A DNA stretch of 64,000 nucleotides from positions 192,001 through 256,000 of the forward strand of contig CBDBGH010000003.1 of NCBI GenBank assembly GCA_965205265.1, read 5' to 3'. Shown here piece after piece: positions 19,888 through 29,140 of this stretch; the first letter of the stretch is position 1, and the number at the start of each line of letters is the position of its first letter. The translations under genes and the position numbers were made by a program. This DNA comes from Alphaproteobacteria bacterium (GTDB lineage Bacteria > Pseudomonadota > Alphaproteobacteria > Bin95). The notes beneath the pieces are model-generated. The model did no database searches, was not told where the DNA came from, and worked only from the letters and a program-made list of their open reading frames with translations.

Positions 19888-21437
19888 AGGCGTTCGCCGC
19901 GCTGCTGGATGCGCTTGCCTTTGCGTCCTCGCCTGCCGTCCGGGTCCGCCTTGTGGCCGACTATCTGGAGCGGGCGGGCGGCCCCGAACGAGGCTGGGCG
20001 CTCGCCGTGCTCGGCGGCGGCCTCGATACAGCCTGCGTCCGGCCGGCGGCTCTTCTGGCGCTCGCGGCCGAGCGGGTCGATGGCGAGCTGCTGCGGCTCT
20101 CGCTCGATTTCGTCGGCGACCCGGTCGAGACCGCGGCCCTTATCTGGCCGGAGAGCGGAGCCGCGCCGTCCCCGCCCCCGCTCGCCGAGGCGGCGCCCGC
20201 CCTTGCCGGCAGTTCCCGGTCGGCGGCGCCGGGCCTGCTCGCGGGCTGGTTCGACCGTTCGGATGCGTCCGTCCGGCTGGCGCTGGCGCAGCTTGCGACC
20301 GGACGGCGCCCTCCCGGCGTTACGCCGCGGCTTGTGCGAACGGCGCTTGCCGCCGCCTTCCCGGCCGATCTCGGCGCCATCGAAGAGGTCTGGCACGCGC
20401 AGACGCCGCCATACAGGCCGCTCTTCGCCTGGCTGGAGGGCCGCGCGCCGCGCCCCGAAGCGCCTGCCGGCTTCCGGCCGCTCATGCCGGTCCGCGCGCT
20501 CGACGAGACGGCATTGGCCGGCCTCGACCTCTCCGGCTACCGGGCGGAGCGGCAGTGGCCCGGCCGGCGCGTTCAGGTCGTGGCGGAGTCCGGGTGGCGC
20601 CGGTTCTACAGCGGGTCGGGCGACGACATCTCTTTCCTGTTCCCGGACATCATCGCCGCGATGGAGGGGCTGGAGGGCGTTTTCGACGGCGTGCTCATGG
20701 CGGCCGCTGACGCGAGCGGCCCGCCTTGCCTCCCGGGGCCGCCCGAAGCGCTCGAAAGGCGGCTCGGCCGCAAGACCGTCCCGCGCCGCCTTCTGGCTGA
20801 GGTTCCCGTCTTCGTCCGCCTCTTCGACATGCTGTTCGACGGCGGCGAGGACATCCGCGCGATGCCGCTGAGCCAGCGCCGCGAACGGTTGCAGGCGCGG
20901 ATTGCCGGCCGGCCGCGTTTCGACCTGTCGCCGCTTGTTGCTTTCGAGGGACCGGCCGCGCTCGACGCTTTGCGCCGGCAGGGCGTCTCCCCGGTGCTGA
21001 AACCCGCCGACGGCCCCTACCGCCCCGACGGACCGCCCTGGCTCATCGTCGGGGCTGCGCCGCGAACCGTCCGGGCCCTGCTCCTCGCCGCGCGGCCCGG
21101 CGGCGTCGGGGAGGCCGGCCCGAGCTACAGCATCGGCCTCCTCCGGGACGGCGCGCCGGCCGCTGTCGGCGATGCGCCCTGCCGCCTTGCGGCCGGGGAA
21201 CGCGAACGGCTTGACCGCTGGGTCCGAAAGCACACCGCGGGGCGCTACGGTCCTGTCCGGGCGGTAGAGCCGGCGCTGGTGCTCGAGATCGCGTTCGAAA
21301 AAGTCCGCCCCGCGCCCCGCCGCAAGGCCGGCCTCGCGCTCGAACGCCCGGAGATACGCGCTATCCTCTGGGACCTGCCGCCCGATGCGGCGGACAGCCT
21401 GGCGCTGTTGGCGGCAGGCCTCGCCGGGCAAGCCTGA
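19884..21437 (+). CDS. ATP-dependent DNA ligase homolog with degenerate catalytic motifs
   Basis: MKAFAALLDAL N-terminus, DFVGDPVETAALIWP, IEEVWH, GPVRAVEPALVLEIAFE; motif I reads ERQWPGRR. Confidence 0.85.
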   Translation: MKAFAALLDALAFASSPAVRVRLVADYLERAGGPERGWALAVLGGGLDTACVRPAALLALAAERVDGELLRLSLDFVGDPVETAALIWPESGAAPSPPPLAEAAPALAGSSRSAAPGLLAGWFDRSDASVRLALAQLATGRRPPGVTPRLVRTALAAAFPADLGAIEEVWHAQTPPYRPLFAWLEGRAPRPEAPAGFRPLMPVRALDETALAGLDLSGYRAERQWPGRRVQVVAESGWRRFYSGSGDDISFLFPDIIAAMEGLEGVFDGVLMAAADASGPPCLPGPPEALERRLGRKTVPRRLLAEVPVFVRLFDMLFDGGEDIRAMPLSQRRERLQARIAGRPRFDLSPLVAFEGPAALDALRRQGVSPVLKPADGPYRPDGPPWLIVGAAPRTVRALLLAARPGGVGEAGPSYSIGLLRDGAPAAVGDAPCRLAAGERERLDRWVRKHTAGRYGPVRAVEPALVLEIAFEKVRPAPRRKAGLALERPEIRAILWDLPPDAADSLALLAAGLAGQA

Positions 21438-21455
21438 ACGAAGGAACGCTGAACG

Positions 21456-22496
21456 ATGACCGTCGAAACCCCCGACGCCGCCGCCATGTCCGCCCAGGCG
21501 GAGCTTCACCACCAGTATCTGCTGGGCCTCGAACTCATGGTGGCCGCGAACGAGCGGCCGGAGGCGGTGGGCGAGTGGATGCGCCGCCTCTTCCGCCGGC
21601 TGCACGAAGAGAAGTTCCTTTCGAGCTTCAGGAAGTTGGGGCTGGAGGGTCTGCCGGATGCGGTGGCCTGCGCCCGGTATCACACGCTCTCGAACGTCAT
21701 CGGCGGCGTCCCCGTGGAGTATATGGAAGAGTCCGACCGCAAGGCCTGGGTCCGCTTCCGCTATCCGCGCTGGATGTTCGACGGGCCGGCGATCTGCGGC
21801 ATGCCCGTCGAGGCGGGCCGGGGCTTCCTGCGCGGCTGGTATGCTCAGAACGGCGTCACCCTGGGCAATCCCCGGCTCGGCTTCGTCTGCGTGTCGGAGG
21901 ACGTGACCGGCCAGTTCGGCTTCTGCGGCTATTTCAGGGAATACGACCGCGAGCTCGCCGAGGACGAGCGCCTGGTTTTCGCCCCCGATGAGCGCCCGCC
22001 GCCCTTCGACCCCGACCGGCAGCCGGCCGCGCCCGAAGCGGACTGGAGCGGGGAGCGGCTCGCGAAGGCCAACCGGAACTATGCGGCGGAATTCATCCGC
22101 AACGGCATCCGCGAGCTGGTGGCGACGGTCGGCGAGGCGAGGGCGCTGGAGCACGGAAAACGCGCCGCGCGGCTGACCGGCCTGCAGCAGTACTGCCGGA
22201 TGGCCGGGGCCGTGGGCGGCGTGGACGGCGGGCCAGCGGAGGCGGCGGCGTTCCTCGCCGCCATGTTCCGGGGCATGGGCGATGGCGTCGAGGCGCGGGA
22301 CGCCGGGGCCGGCGCCGCTTCCCTGCGCCAGTCGGGGCTCCGGATCGCGCGCGGCTTCGCCGGGGCCGAGCGTGCCAACCTGCTGGCCTGCTGGATCGAA
22401 CTCTGGCGCGGCGCCGTCGCCTCCCACCGCCGGTTCATGGAGGTCGAAGCCGAAGCCGAAGGCGACAGCCTGCTATGGACGATCCGCCCGGCTTGA
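21456..22496 (+). CDS. Hypothetical protein
   Basis: 346-aa ORF with GC3-biased codons and an AAGGA RBS; family not recognised. Confidence 0.75.
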   Translation: MTVETPDAAAMSAQAELHHQYLLGLELMVAANERPEAVGEWMRRLFRRLHEEKFLSSFRKLGLEGLPDAVACARYHTLSNVIGGVPVEYMEESDRKAWVRFRYPRWMFDGPAICGMPVEAGRGFLRGWYAQNGVTLGNPRLGFVCVSEDVTGQFGFCGYFREYDRELAEDERLVFAPDERPPPFDPDRQPAAPEADWSGERLAKANRNYAAEFIRNGIRELVATVGEARALEHGKRAARLTGLQQYCRMAGAVGGVDGGPAEAAAFLAAMFRGMGDGVEARDAGAGAASLRQSGLRIARGFAGAERANLLACWIELWRGAVASHRRFMEVEAEAEGDSLLWTIRPA

Positions 22497-22599
22497 AGGC
22501 GGGGAGGCTTGCCTGAAGGAATTCCCCACACCAGGTCACATGCCGCTCCTGTAGAAAGTAAGCCAATGCCCTCTTCCCAGAAGACAACAGCAAAAGATA

Positions 22600-22722
22600 T
22601 CTGCCGGCTTGCGTCCGGCTTCGCCGAGGAAGCGCGCAGGCAATCTTCGGCCATTGCTGCCAGCACCCATGCCGAAGACGATCAAGCATTCATCGACTCG
22701 ATTTCGGAAATCGAAGAAATGT
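22600..22722 (+). pseudogene. C-terminal remnant of a DUF3018/MazE-like antitoxin
   Basis: FAEEARRQSSAIAASTHAEDDQAFIDSISE resembles the DUF3018 C-terminus; no N-terminus or toxin present. Confidence 0.6.
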
Positions 22723-22837
22723 GGTCCCGGCATAACATGACGCCTGGAAGCCGTCCGCAATCTGAGTAGACTCCTCGAACAGGTGCAATCCCTTGAAATT
22801 TATGGGATATTGGGGTGCAGCGAGGAGGAGAGGCAGG

Positions 22838-23563
22838 ATGGGCAACCGGGTGGAATTCGACGCGGAGCTCGGCGCCACCTTCGTGCGCTACGCGCATATG
22901 GTCGCGAGGCGCGGCTATGTCCACAACACGCTCGGAAACATGGTGATCCGCAAGCCGCATCCGGACTTCGAGCATGGCGTGGCCTATACCAAGCATGCGG
23001 AAATTTCCCTTGAGGAAATGACCGCGGACAACATCGTCGTCACCGACATCCCGACAAGCCGCCTGCTCCACGGCGAGGCGATGACGAGCGTCGGCCACAA
23101 CCTCAACCGCGAGATACTCAGGCTCCGGCCCGACATCCATGCGGTCATCCACGTCCATCACGACGAGACGATTGCGTTCTTCGGCTCCGGCGCCTTCCGG
23201 GAAGTCCGGATCCTCTCGCTCGACATGCCGTTCATCCACGGCAAGCCGCCCTACTATGTGGCGGCGGATATCGACGTCGAAACCGATGTCGGGCCGGTCG
23301 GGGACTTCATCGCCGACACCAATTGCGTGGTGCTGCTCGGGCACGGCGTCACGACCCTCGGGCGGACGATCTCCGAGGCCTATCACCGGCTGACCTCATT
23401 CGCCGCCGAGGTGAAGCGCAACATCATCGCCGAGCATCTCGCCGCGATCAAAGGCAGCAGGGTCGCATATCGGAGCCAGGAGGAAATCGACCTCATGCAC
23501 CGCTTCGCGGAGCGGATCATCTATCCCGACCGGGCGGAAGCCGTGATGGCGGCGGAGGAGTGA
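22838..23563 (+). CDS. Class II aldolase/adducin family protein
   Basis: TLGN, LRPDIHAVIHVH and LLGHGV motifs. Confidence 0.85.
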   Translation: MGNRVEFDAELGATFVRYAHMVARRGYVHNTLGNMVIRKPHPDFEHGVAYTKHAEISLEEMTADNIVVTDIPTSRLLHGEAMTSVGHNLNREILRLRPDIHAVIHVHHDETIAFFGSGAFREVRILSLDMPFIHGKPPYYVAADIDVETDVGPVGDFIADTNCVVLLGHGVTTLGRTISEAYHRLTSFAAEVKRNIIAEHLAAIKGSRVAYRSQEEIDLMHRFAERIIYPDRAEAVMAAEE

Positions 23564-23582
23564 CGGACGGACCGTTGCCCGC

Positions 23583-24602
23583 TCAGCCCGACGCCGCCCG
23601 CAGGCGCGACAGGGCGGCCTCGGCCCGCTGCCTGACGGCCGCCGACCGGTGCTTCAGCGATATGTTTTCGAGCGCGAGAAGAGCTTCCGGGTCCCCGGCT
23701 TCACCCATTTCGATGGCGCGTTCGTCCCGCCGGTCGTACCAGCGATATTCGAAGGGCTGGACCGCCAGCGGCAGGTCCCGCCAGTAGTATTTCAGCGGGT
23801 CGTCCTCCTCCCAGTCCGCATAGAGGTCTTCCCAACTCCGCATCTGGTGCGAGACGCCGAGATATTTCTCGCCCACCGGTTCCGACAGCGGCTGGTAGCG
23901 GCAGTCCATGGAGACCCGCATCGCGCCCGATGCGTTCGGCAGGCCCTTGTGGATCGTCTGGCAGTTGTGGATGAGCACGTCGCCGATCCGCATCGGGCTC
24001 CAGCGCCAGTCGCAGGCGTCGAGGTCCGCGTCGATGACCATCTGCCCCGCGCCGAGCGCCGGGCGCATGTCCAGCACGCCGCCCTTGTGCGAGCCGGCGG
24101 CGACGGCGAGGCCGCCGCGCTTCTCGTCGATGTCGGTGAAGGGAATCCAGGCGGCCCAGTTGCGCCGGCTGCCCTCGAAATGCGTGTAGTCCTGGTGCGC
24201 CGGGGTTGCGTATTCGTCCCTGCCGGGAAAAGCGAGCCGCATCACGAAATGCGGCGGGCAGAACGCCTCCTCGCCGAACAGCCTCCCGAAGAAGCCCATC
24301 AGGTTCTCGTGCAGCTTGAGCGCATGCAGCGAGCGCAGCGACAGCTGCCTGTAGAAGACCTCCATGAAGGGCGGCTGCGGCTCCACGCAGAACTTGGAGA
24401 GGTCGGGTTTTGCACTTTCCAGCGGCGCGCCCGGCTCGATCCAGCCGGCCTCGGCCATCGGCCCCGCGATTTCCGCCGCGATCTCCTCCAGTAGCGGACG
24501 CGGCAGGAGGCCCCGGACGAGGACATAGCCGTCAGCATCCGCCCGCTCCCGGAGCTTGGGCGCATCGTGCTGGATGTCCGTGGAATCGCTCAAAGGTCGC
24601 AT
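23583..24602 (-). CDS. Phytanoyl-CoA dioxygenase (PhyH) family Fe/2OG enzyme
   Basis: TPAHQD, AWIP, TIHKG and RVSMDCRYQ motifs. Confidence 0.85.
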   Translation of the reverse strand: MRPLSDSTDIQHDAPKLRERADADGYVLVRGLLPRPLLEEIAAEIAGPMAEAGWIEPGAPLESAKPDLSKFCVEPQPPFMEVFYRQLSLRSLHALKLHENLMGFFGRLFGEEAFCPPHFVMRLAFPGRDEYATPAHQDYTHFEGSRRNWAAWIPFTDIDEKRGGLAVAAGSHKGGVLDMRPALGAGQMVIDADLDACDWRWSPMRIGDVLIHNCQTIHKGLPNASGAMRVSMDCRYQPLSEPVGEKYLGVSHQMRSWEDLYADWEEDDPLKYYWRDLPLAVQPFEYRWYDRRDERAIEMGEAGDPEALLALENISLKHRSAAVRQRAEAALSRLRAASG

Positions 24603-24640
24603 TGTTAAACCCTCTATTACATTTGAGCCATCTCGACAAA

Positions 24641-24660
24641 TAGTATCATTTTCGATATCA
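24641..24660. promoter_or_regulatory. Candidate HicB operator (imperfect palindrome)
   Basis: TAGTATCA-tttt-CGATATCA directly upstream of hicA. Confidence 0.45.
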
Positions 24661-24667
24661 TATCATC

Positions 24668-24913
24668 ATGGACACGGTGGCAATCCTCAAGACGCTTCGC
24701 AACAATCCCAAAGGAGTCCGTTTCATCGAGTTGGCCAGAATATGCGAACATTATTTCGGCCCGCCCCGCCAGCGCGGGACCAGCCATCTCGTTTTCCGGA
24801 CTCCGTGGCCGGGCGACCCGCGCGTGAACATTCAAAACGCCAGGGGGAAGGTCAAGCCATATCAGGTCCGCCAGGTCATGAAGGCAATCGCGAAACTGGA
24901 GGGCGCGGAATGA
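24668..24913 (+). CDS. hicA: HicA-like toxin
   Basis: NPKGVRF..YFGPPRQRGTSHLVF..KPYQVRQV. Confidence 0.85.
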   Translation: MDTVAILKTLRNNPKGVRFIELARICEHYFGPPRQRGTSHLVFRTPWPGDPRVNIQNARGKVKPYQVRQVMKAIAKLEGAE

Positions 24914-25239
24914 GCGACCGCTACACCTATCGGATCACCTGGTCCGCCGAGGACGGCGAGAATGTCGGGCTGTGCGCCGAGTTTCCGTTGCTGAGCTGGC
25001 TGGCCCCGTCCCCGGAGAAAGCGCTTTCCGGCATCAAGCGGCTGGTGCGCGAGGTTGTGTCGGACATGCAGGCGGCCGGCGAGGCGCCGCCCGAACCGTT
25101 GGCCGACAAGGCCTATAGCGGCCGATTCCTGGTCCGCGTGCCGCCGGAAATGCACCGCGCTCTGGCCATGCGCGCGGCGGAGGAAGGCGTGAGCCTGAAC
25201 CGCCTGGTGAGCGCGAGACTGGCGGGCGGCCTCGGTTGA
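24910..25239 (+). CDS. hicB: HicB antitoxin
   Basis: YTYRITWSAEDGE..YSGRFLVRVPPEMHRALA..GVSLN; ATGA overlap with the toxin. Confidence 0.88.
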   Translation: MSDRYTYRITWSAEDGENVGLCAEFPLLSWLAPSPEKALSGIKRLVREVVSDMQAAGEAPPEPLADKAYSGRFLVRVPPEMHRALAMRAAEEGVSLNRLVSARLAGGLG

Positions 25240-25247
25240 TTCGCCCG

Positions 25248-25721
25248 TCATATCGGAATGACGATCAGCACATCGACGCGCCGCGACTCCAGCACCGCCG
25301 CGCGCTCCTGGAACAGCACCTGTTCGTCCTCCACGCGCAGCAGGTCGCGGTAATTGCCGGCGGCGAACAGGTCCATGCGGCCGTCCTGCATGGTGCGCAT
25401 CACGATGAAGCTGCTGTCCGAGCGGACCAGCCCGCCTTCCGCCTCGCGCAGCCGGGGCCGGCCGAGAATGTGCCGGTAGCGGTGCGGCTCGAAGATGTTG
25501 GCGGTGCGCAGCGCCAGCACCCGGTCCTCCATCATGCCGCGCCCCTCGCACAGCATGATGCCGACCGGCAGGCCGCGTTCCTCGTTGTCGCGCGTGGTGA
25601 TGCGATAACGCCCGTCCTCGGCGAAGAAGCCCGGCCAGGCTTCCAGTTCGTCCTCGTCTACGGTCCAGGCGCAATCGAGCAGGAAATCCTCGATCCGCCG
25701 GTGCGTCTCCCAGTCGATCAT
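25248..25721 (-). CDS. Aromatic ring-hydroxylating oxygenase beta subunit
   Basis: WPGFFAEDGRY, MMEDRV, YRHILG and VLIVIPI motifs. Confidence 0.88.
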   Translation of the reverse strand: MIDWETHRRIEDFLLDCAWTVDEDELEAWPGFFAEDGRYRITTRDNEERGLPVGIMLCEGRGMMEDRVLALRTANIFEPHRYRHILGRPRLREAEGGLVRSDSSFIVMRTMQDGRMDLFAAGNYRDLLRVEDEQVLFQERAAVLESRRVDVLIVIPI

Positions 25722-26977
25722 GCGTAGCCCATCAGGCCGCGATAGCCGCTCCAAAAGCCCCGGATCGAGACTTCGGTGGCACGCGAGCTTTCGCTGGACT
25801 CGAGCCCGCGCCCGCCCATCTCCAGCACGGCCGCGGCGTCGCCGCTGCCCCTTGTGCCGCGTTGGACGAATTCGTTGATGCAGCCGTCCTCCAGCGACAC
25901 CAGCCCGGCCGCGCCTGTCAGGTTCGCCTGCAGCACGCGCATGGCCGTCATCTCCTCGCTGTCGTCGGCATAGCCGAGATAGGTCCAGACGAGCTCCGTC
26001 TCCTCCAGCCCGCGCGGCACGAAATTGCGCACGCAGAGCGAGTTCAGGGTGAAGTGCACCGCCAGGGTCGGGAAGATCGACTGCACCGAGTGGGTGATGC
26101 CGTCGTCGAATTCGTCCTCCGTCTCCAGCAGCGCCGGGCCGTTGAGCTTCGAGTCGTAGCTGGCCGAATGGACCTTGGCGTCCCTGTATTCCGCCGCCTC
26201 CTCGAGGGTGGCGCGCTTGGCGTAGCTGATATGGTGCCAGGGCGTCCCTTCCGAGAGCAGGATGCCGCCGTCCATATCCAGCCGGTTCACCTTGAAGGTG
26301 GTGTAGAAGGTGTGCAGCAGGGTGGCGTGGTAGGAATCGCGCACATTCTCGGCGTAGAGCTTCCAGTTGTTGTGGATGATCTGGCTGTGGGTGCCGAGCA
26401 CCTTCAGCGGGCGCGCGCCGAGATTGCGCTTCAGGAAATGCGCCATGGTCGGCCCGACCCACTCCTCGACCGGCGGCATGTCGGGCTCGAAGGTGCCGAA
26501 GACCAGGCCGCAGAATGTCTCGACGCGGATCGGCTGCATGCGGTGGCGGGCGGGGTCGAAATCCTCCGGCATGCCGCCCTTGCCCTTCAGCCCGCCGCGG
26601 AACGCCACGCCGCGCAGCCGCCCGTCGAGATGGTAGGTCCAGGAGTGGTAGATGCAGGAGAAGTGCTTGCGGTTGCCCCGCTCGGCGAGGCAGACCAGCG
26701 CGCCCTTGTGCGCGCAGCGGTTGACCATGCCGCGCAGTTCGCCCGTCTCGTCCCGCGCGACGACGATGGGCGTCTCGCCGATGAAGGCGGTGCGGAAGTC
26801 GCCGGGCTCGGCCACCTCCAGCTCCAGGCAGAGATAGTTCCAGACCGGCCCCCGGAAGAGCCGCTCCTGCTCGAGCGCATAGACGTCGCGGTCCGAGAAG
26901 AGCCGGTAGGGCACACGGGAGACGCCGCCCTCCGGCCAGGCCGGCATGATGTCGCCCGGATTCGCAGTCATGTTCAT
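25718..26977 (-). CDS. Rieske ring-hydroxylating oxygenase alpha subunit (salicylate 5-hydroxylase/anthranilate-like group)
   Basis: NRCAHKG..CIYHSW Rieske ligands; NWKLYAENVRDSYHATLLH mononuclear Fe site. Confidence 0.9.
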   Translation of the reverse strand: MNMTANPGDIMPAWPEGGVSRVPYRLFSDRDVYALEQERLFRGPVWNYLCLELEVAEPGDFRTAFIGETPIVVARDETGELRGMVNRCAHKGALVCLAERGNRKHFSCIYHSWTYHLDGRLRGVAFRGGLKGKGGMPEDFDPARHRMQPIRVETFCGLVFGTFEPDMPPVEEWVGPTMAHFLKRNLGARPLKVLGTHSQIIHNNWKLYAENVRDSYHATLLHTFYTTFKVNRLDMDGGILLSEGTPWHHISYAKRATLEEAAEYRDAKVHSASYDSKLNGPALLETEDEFDDGITHSVQSIFPTLAVHFTLNSLCVRNFVPRGLEETELVWTYLGYADDSEEMTAMRVLQANLTGAAGLVSLEDGCINEFVQRGTRGSGDAAAVLEMGGRGLESSESSRATEVSIRGFWSGYRGLMGYA

Positions 26978-27867
26978 TGCGGCAACTCCTTCAGCGCGGC
27001 GGCGATGGCGCTGCGCTGGCTGTTGGAGGCGGCCGGCATCGGCCGGCGCGGCAGGCCGCCCGCGAGGCCCTGGAAGTCGAGCGCCGCCTTGACCGCCGCC
27101 GGCAGGTTGTCGTCGATCATCGCGTTCCAGAGCGCAAGCAGCCTGAGGTGCAGGTCGAGCGCAGCCGGGTGGTCGCCGGCCTCGACCGCGTCCCAGAGGG
27201 TCACGCAGGCCCGGGGCGCGGCGGTCAGGATCGCCGCGACGGCCCCGTGCGCGCCGAGCGTGAAGGAGGGATACATGAGGGCGTCCACCGCGCTCATGAT
27301 GCGCGCGCCCTCCGGGGCGGTCGCCATCAGGTCGGCGAACAGCTTGAGGTCGCCCGCGCTCTGCTTGACGCCGGCCACGCCCGGTATGTCGGTCATGATC
27401 TCGACCAGGAGCTCGGGCGAGAGATAGGTCCAGGGCACGACATTGTAGATGATGATGGGCGAGGCGACGGCGTCCGCCATCTCGCGGAAATGCTCCTTCA
27501 TGTGGGCGTCGTCGGGCCGGAAGAGGTAATGCACGGGCGTCACCTGCAGCGCGGCCGCGCCGGCGTCGGCCGCCGCCCGGCCGCGCTCGATGGCCTGGGC
27601 CGTCGAATCGACGATGATCCCGGCGATGACGGGCGCGCGCCCGTCCGCCTCCTCGACCGCGATAGCCGTCAGCCGGCAGACCTCGTCGGTGGAGAGCGCA
27701 TGGCCTTCGCCCGTGCTGCCCGCAACCGCGAGGCCGTGGACCCCGGCGTCGAGCAGGAAGCGCGCCTCCGCCCGGAACGCCGCCTCCTCGATGGCGCCCG
27801 CCGCCGAAAACGGCGTCGTCATGGGCGGCACGATGCCCCGGATCGCGTCCGGACCGAACTCAGCCAT
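26974..27867 (-). CDS. DapA/dihydrodipicolinate synthase family aldolase
   Basis: TTPF, GSTGE, IIYNV and GVKQS Schiff-base Lys motifs. Confidence 0.88.
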   Translation of the reverse strand: MAEFGPDAIRGIVPPMTTPFSAAGAIEEAAFRAEARFLLDAGVHGLAVAGSTGEGHALSTDEVCRLTAIAVEEADGRAPVIAGIIVDSTAQAIERGRAAADAGAAALQVTPVHYLFRPDDAHMKEHFREMADAVASPIIIYNVVPWTYLSPELLVEIMTDIPGVAGVKQSAGDLKLFADLMATAPEGARIMSAVDALMYPSFTLGAHGAVAAILTAAPRACVTLWDAVEAGDHPAALDLHLRLLALWNAMIDDNLPAAVKAALDFQGLAGGLPRRPMPAASNSQRSAIAAALKELPQ

Positions 27868-27949
27868 TGCCTGCCTCCTTGCCGCCCGGACTGTAGCAAA
27901 ACCCCCGCGCCGCACAATCCGCGCGGCTGAGGCGGCATTCCCCTCCCGA

Positions 27950-28500
27950 TGTGTCATGGAATGTCATGCGATGTCATGTTCTGCATGCGTGGGGCTCATA
28001 TGCTGTAGCCGGTTCTGGCATGAAGGCCATCTATCGATCTGGCAGGGCCTTGCCCCGTTGCACGGTCGCTGGCCCTCTCCCGGCCTCTCCTGCAAGCGGG
28101 GGAGGAGAGTTCGAGCGTCCTGCCGACCTCCTCGAAACCGTATCCGTAAGCATTCTGCATGTCGTTCCTTCATCCCGTTTCGTTCCACTCCGTTCCCTTC
28201 TCCCTTCGCCCCGCCGCCGGGCTGACCGGCGCGGCGGGACCCTGATTCGCGCGTATCCTGCGCGCGCGCCCGTGCCGGCGGGGGCGCGTGTTTCGCGGCG
28301 GCGCGGCTCGCGCGCCTGATTGCCCGCGCGCGAGGCAGGTGCCGGACGCACTTCGCCTGTCGGCTGAATCGGGGTCGTTCCGCACCGGGTCGGCGCGGGC
28401 GGGAAGCGGTCCGCGCGGACTCCACTCCCTCGGACCCATCATAGCACATTTTCTGAGAATACAAGTCCTATAGAGAAATATTACTTGAATACATATCGGT
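27950..28500 (-). repeat. Dispersed intergenic element, copy B
   Basis: Reverse-complement homolog of 15160-15605; three TGTCATG units at 27952, 27962 and 27972. Confidence 0.85.
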
Positions 28501-29140
28501 ATAAACGAGGTTTGTTCCCGGCGCGCCGGGCTCTACCGTGTCGCGGACGAACTGGCGCACGGTGTCTCCAGTGGCCCTGCGGACGGCTACGGCGCGTATC
28601 CGGTTGGTCTTGCGGTCCCTTGATGTCGAGGATGGGCGCCTTGCCGCCAAGGCCGCCTCTGGAGGTCTCCTTGTGGCGTTTGGGGGAGGCGTTCTTGCGC
28701 TTGCGGCCGAAGTAGCTCTCATCGGCTTCGGCTGGGCCGGCGAACATGGAACCGGCCTCGTTCGCCCATGCCTCTCGGATGCGATGGAGCATGAACCATG
28801 CGGTCTTCAGCGTTACACCGATGTCTTTGGCGAACTGGAGAAAGGCGATCCCCTTGGGTTGGGTTATCTCCATGTGTATGGCGAAGGCCCATTTCTGCAG
28901 GGGAACCTTTGGGTTTTCGAGGAAGGATCCGACTTTGACGGAGAATGCGCGCTTGCAGTTATGGGAGGCCGAATGTCTTGCTGGCTTTAGCGGTGTTGGT
29001 GGAGCCGCAGTGTGGGCAGTATCGGCTGTCGGGCCACATGACGGATTCGAACCATGCTGCCGCGGCCTCCTCGTCGGGGAAGAGTTGTTCTAAGTGGAAA
29101 GGGCTATCACCTCCCGCTGGGTCTTGCCGTTGTCCGTCAT
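28481..29140 (-). pseudogene. IS1595-family transposase remnant, multiply frameshifted
   Basis: LFPDEEAAAAWFE..WP..CPHCGS zinc ribbon; KDIGVTLKTAWFMLHRIREA; EADESYFG; split across frames. Confidence 0.88.

Noticed and set aside
16362-22427. Very long antisense or alternative-frame ORFs (e.g. 16362-18890 +, 17500-19800 -, 19524-22427 -; likewise 6987-9185 + and 52482-54992 +)
   Set aside because: They are shadow ORFs of high-GC genes, are Arg/Pro/Ala-rich, lack motifs and overlap confidently assigned CDSs.
27952-27978. TGTCATG repeats as Pho boxes or a CRISPR array
   Set aside because: The period is 10 bp rather than 11, the units are only 7 bp with 3-nt spacers, and there are no cas genes.
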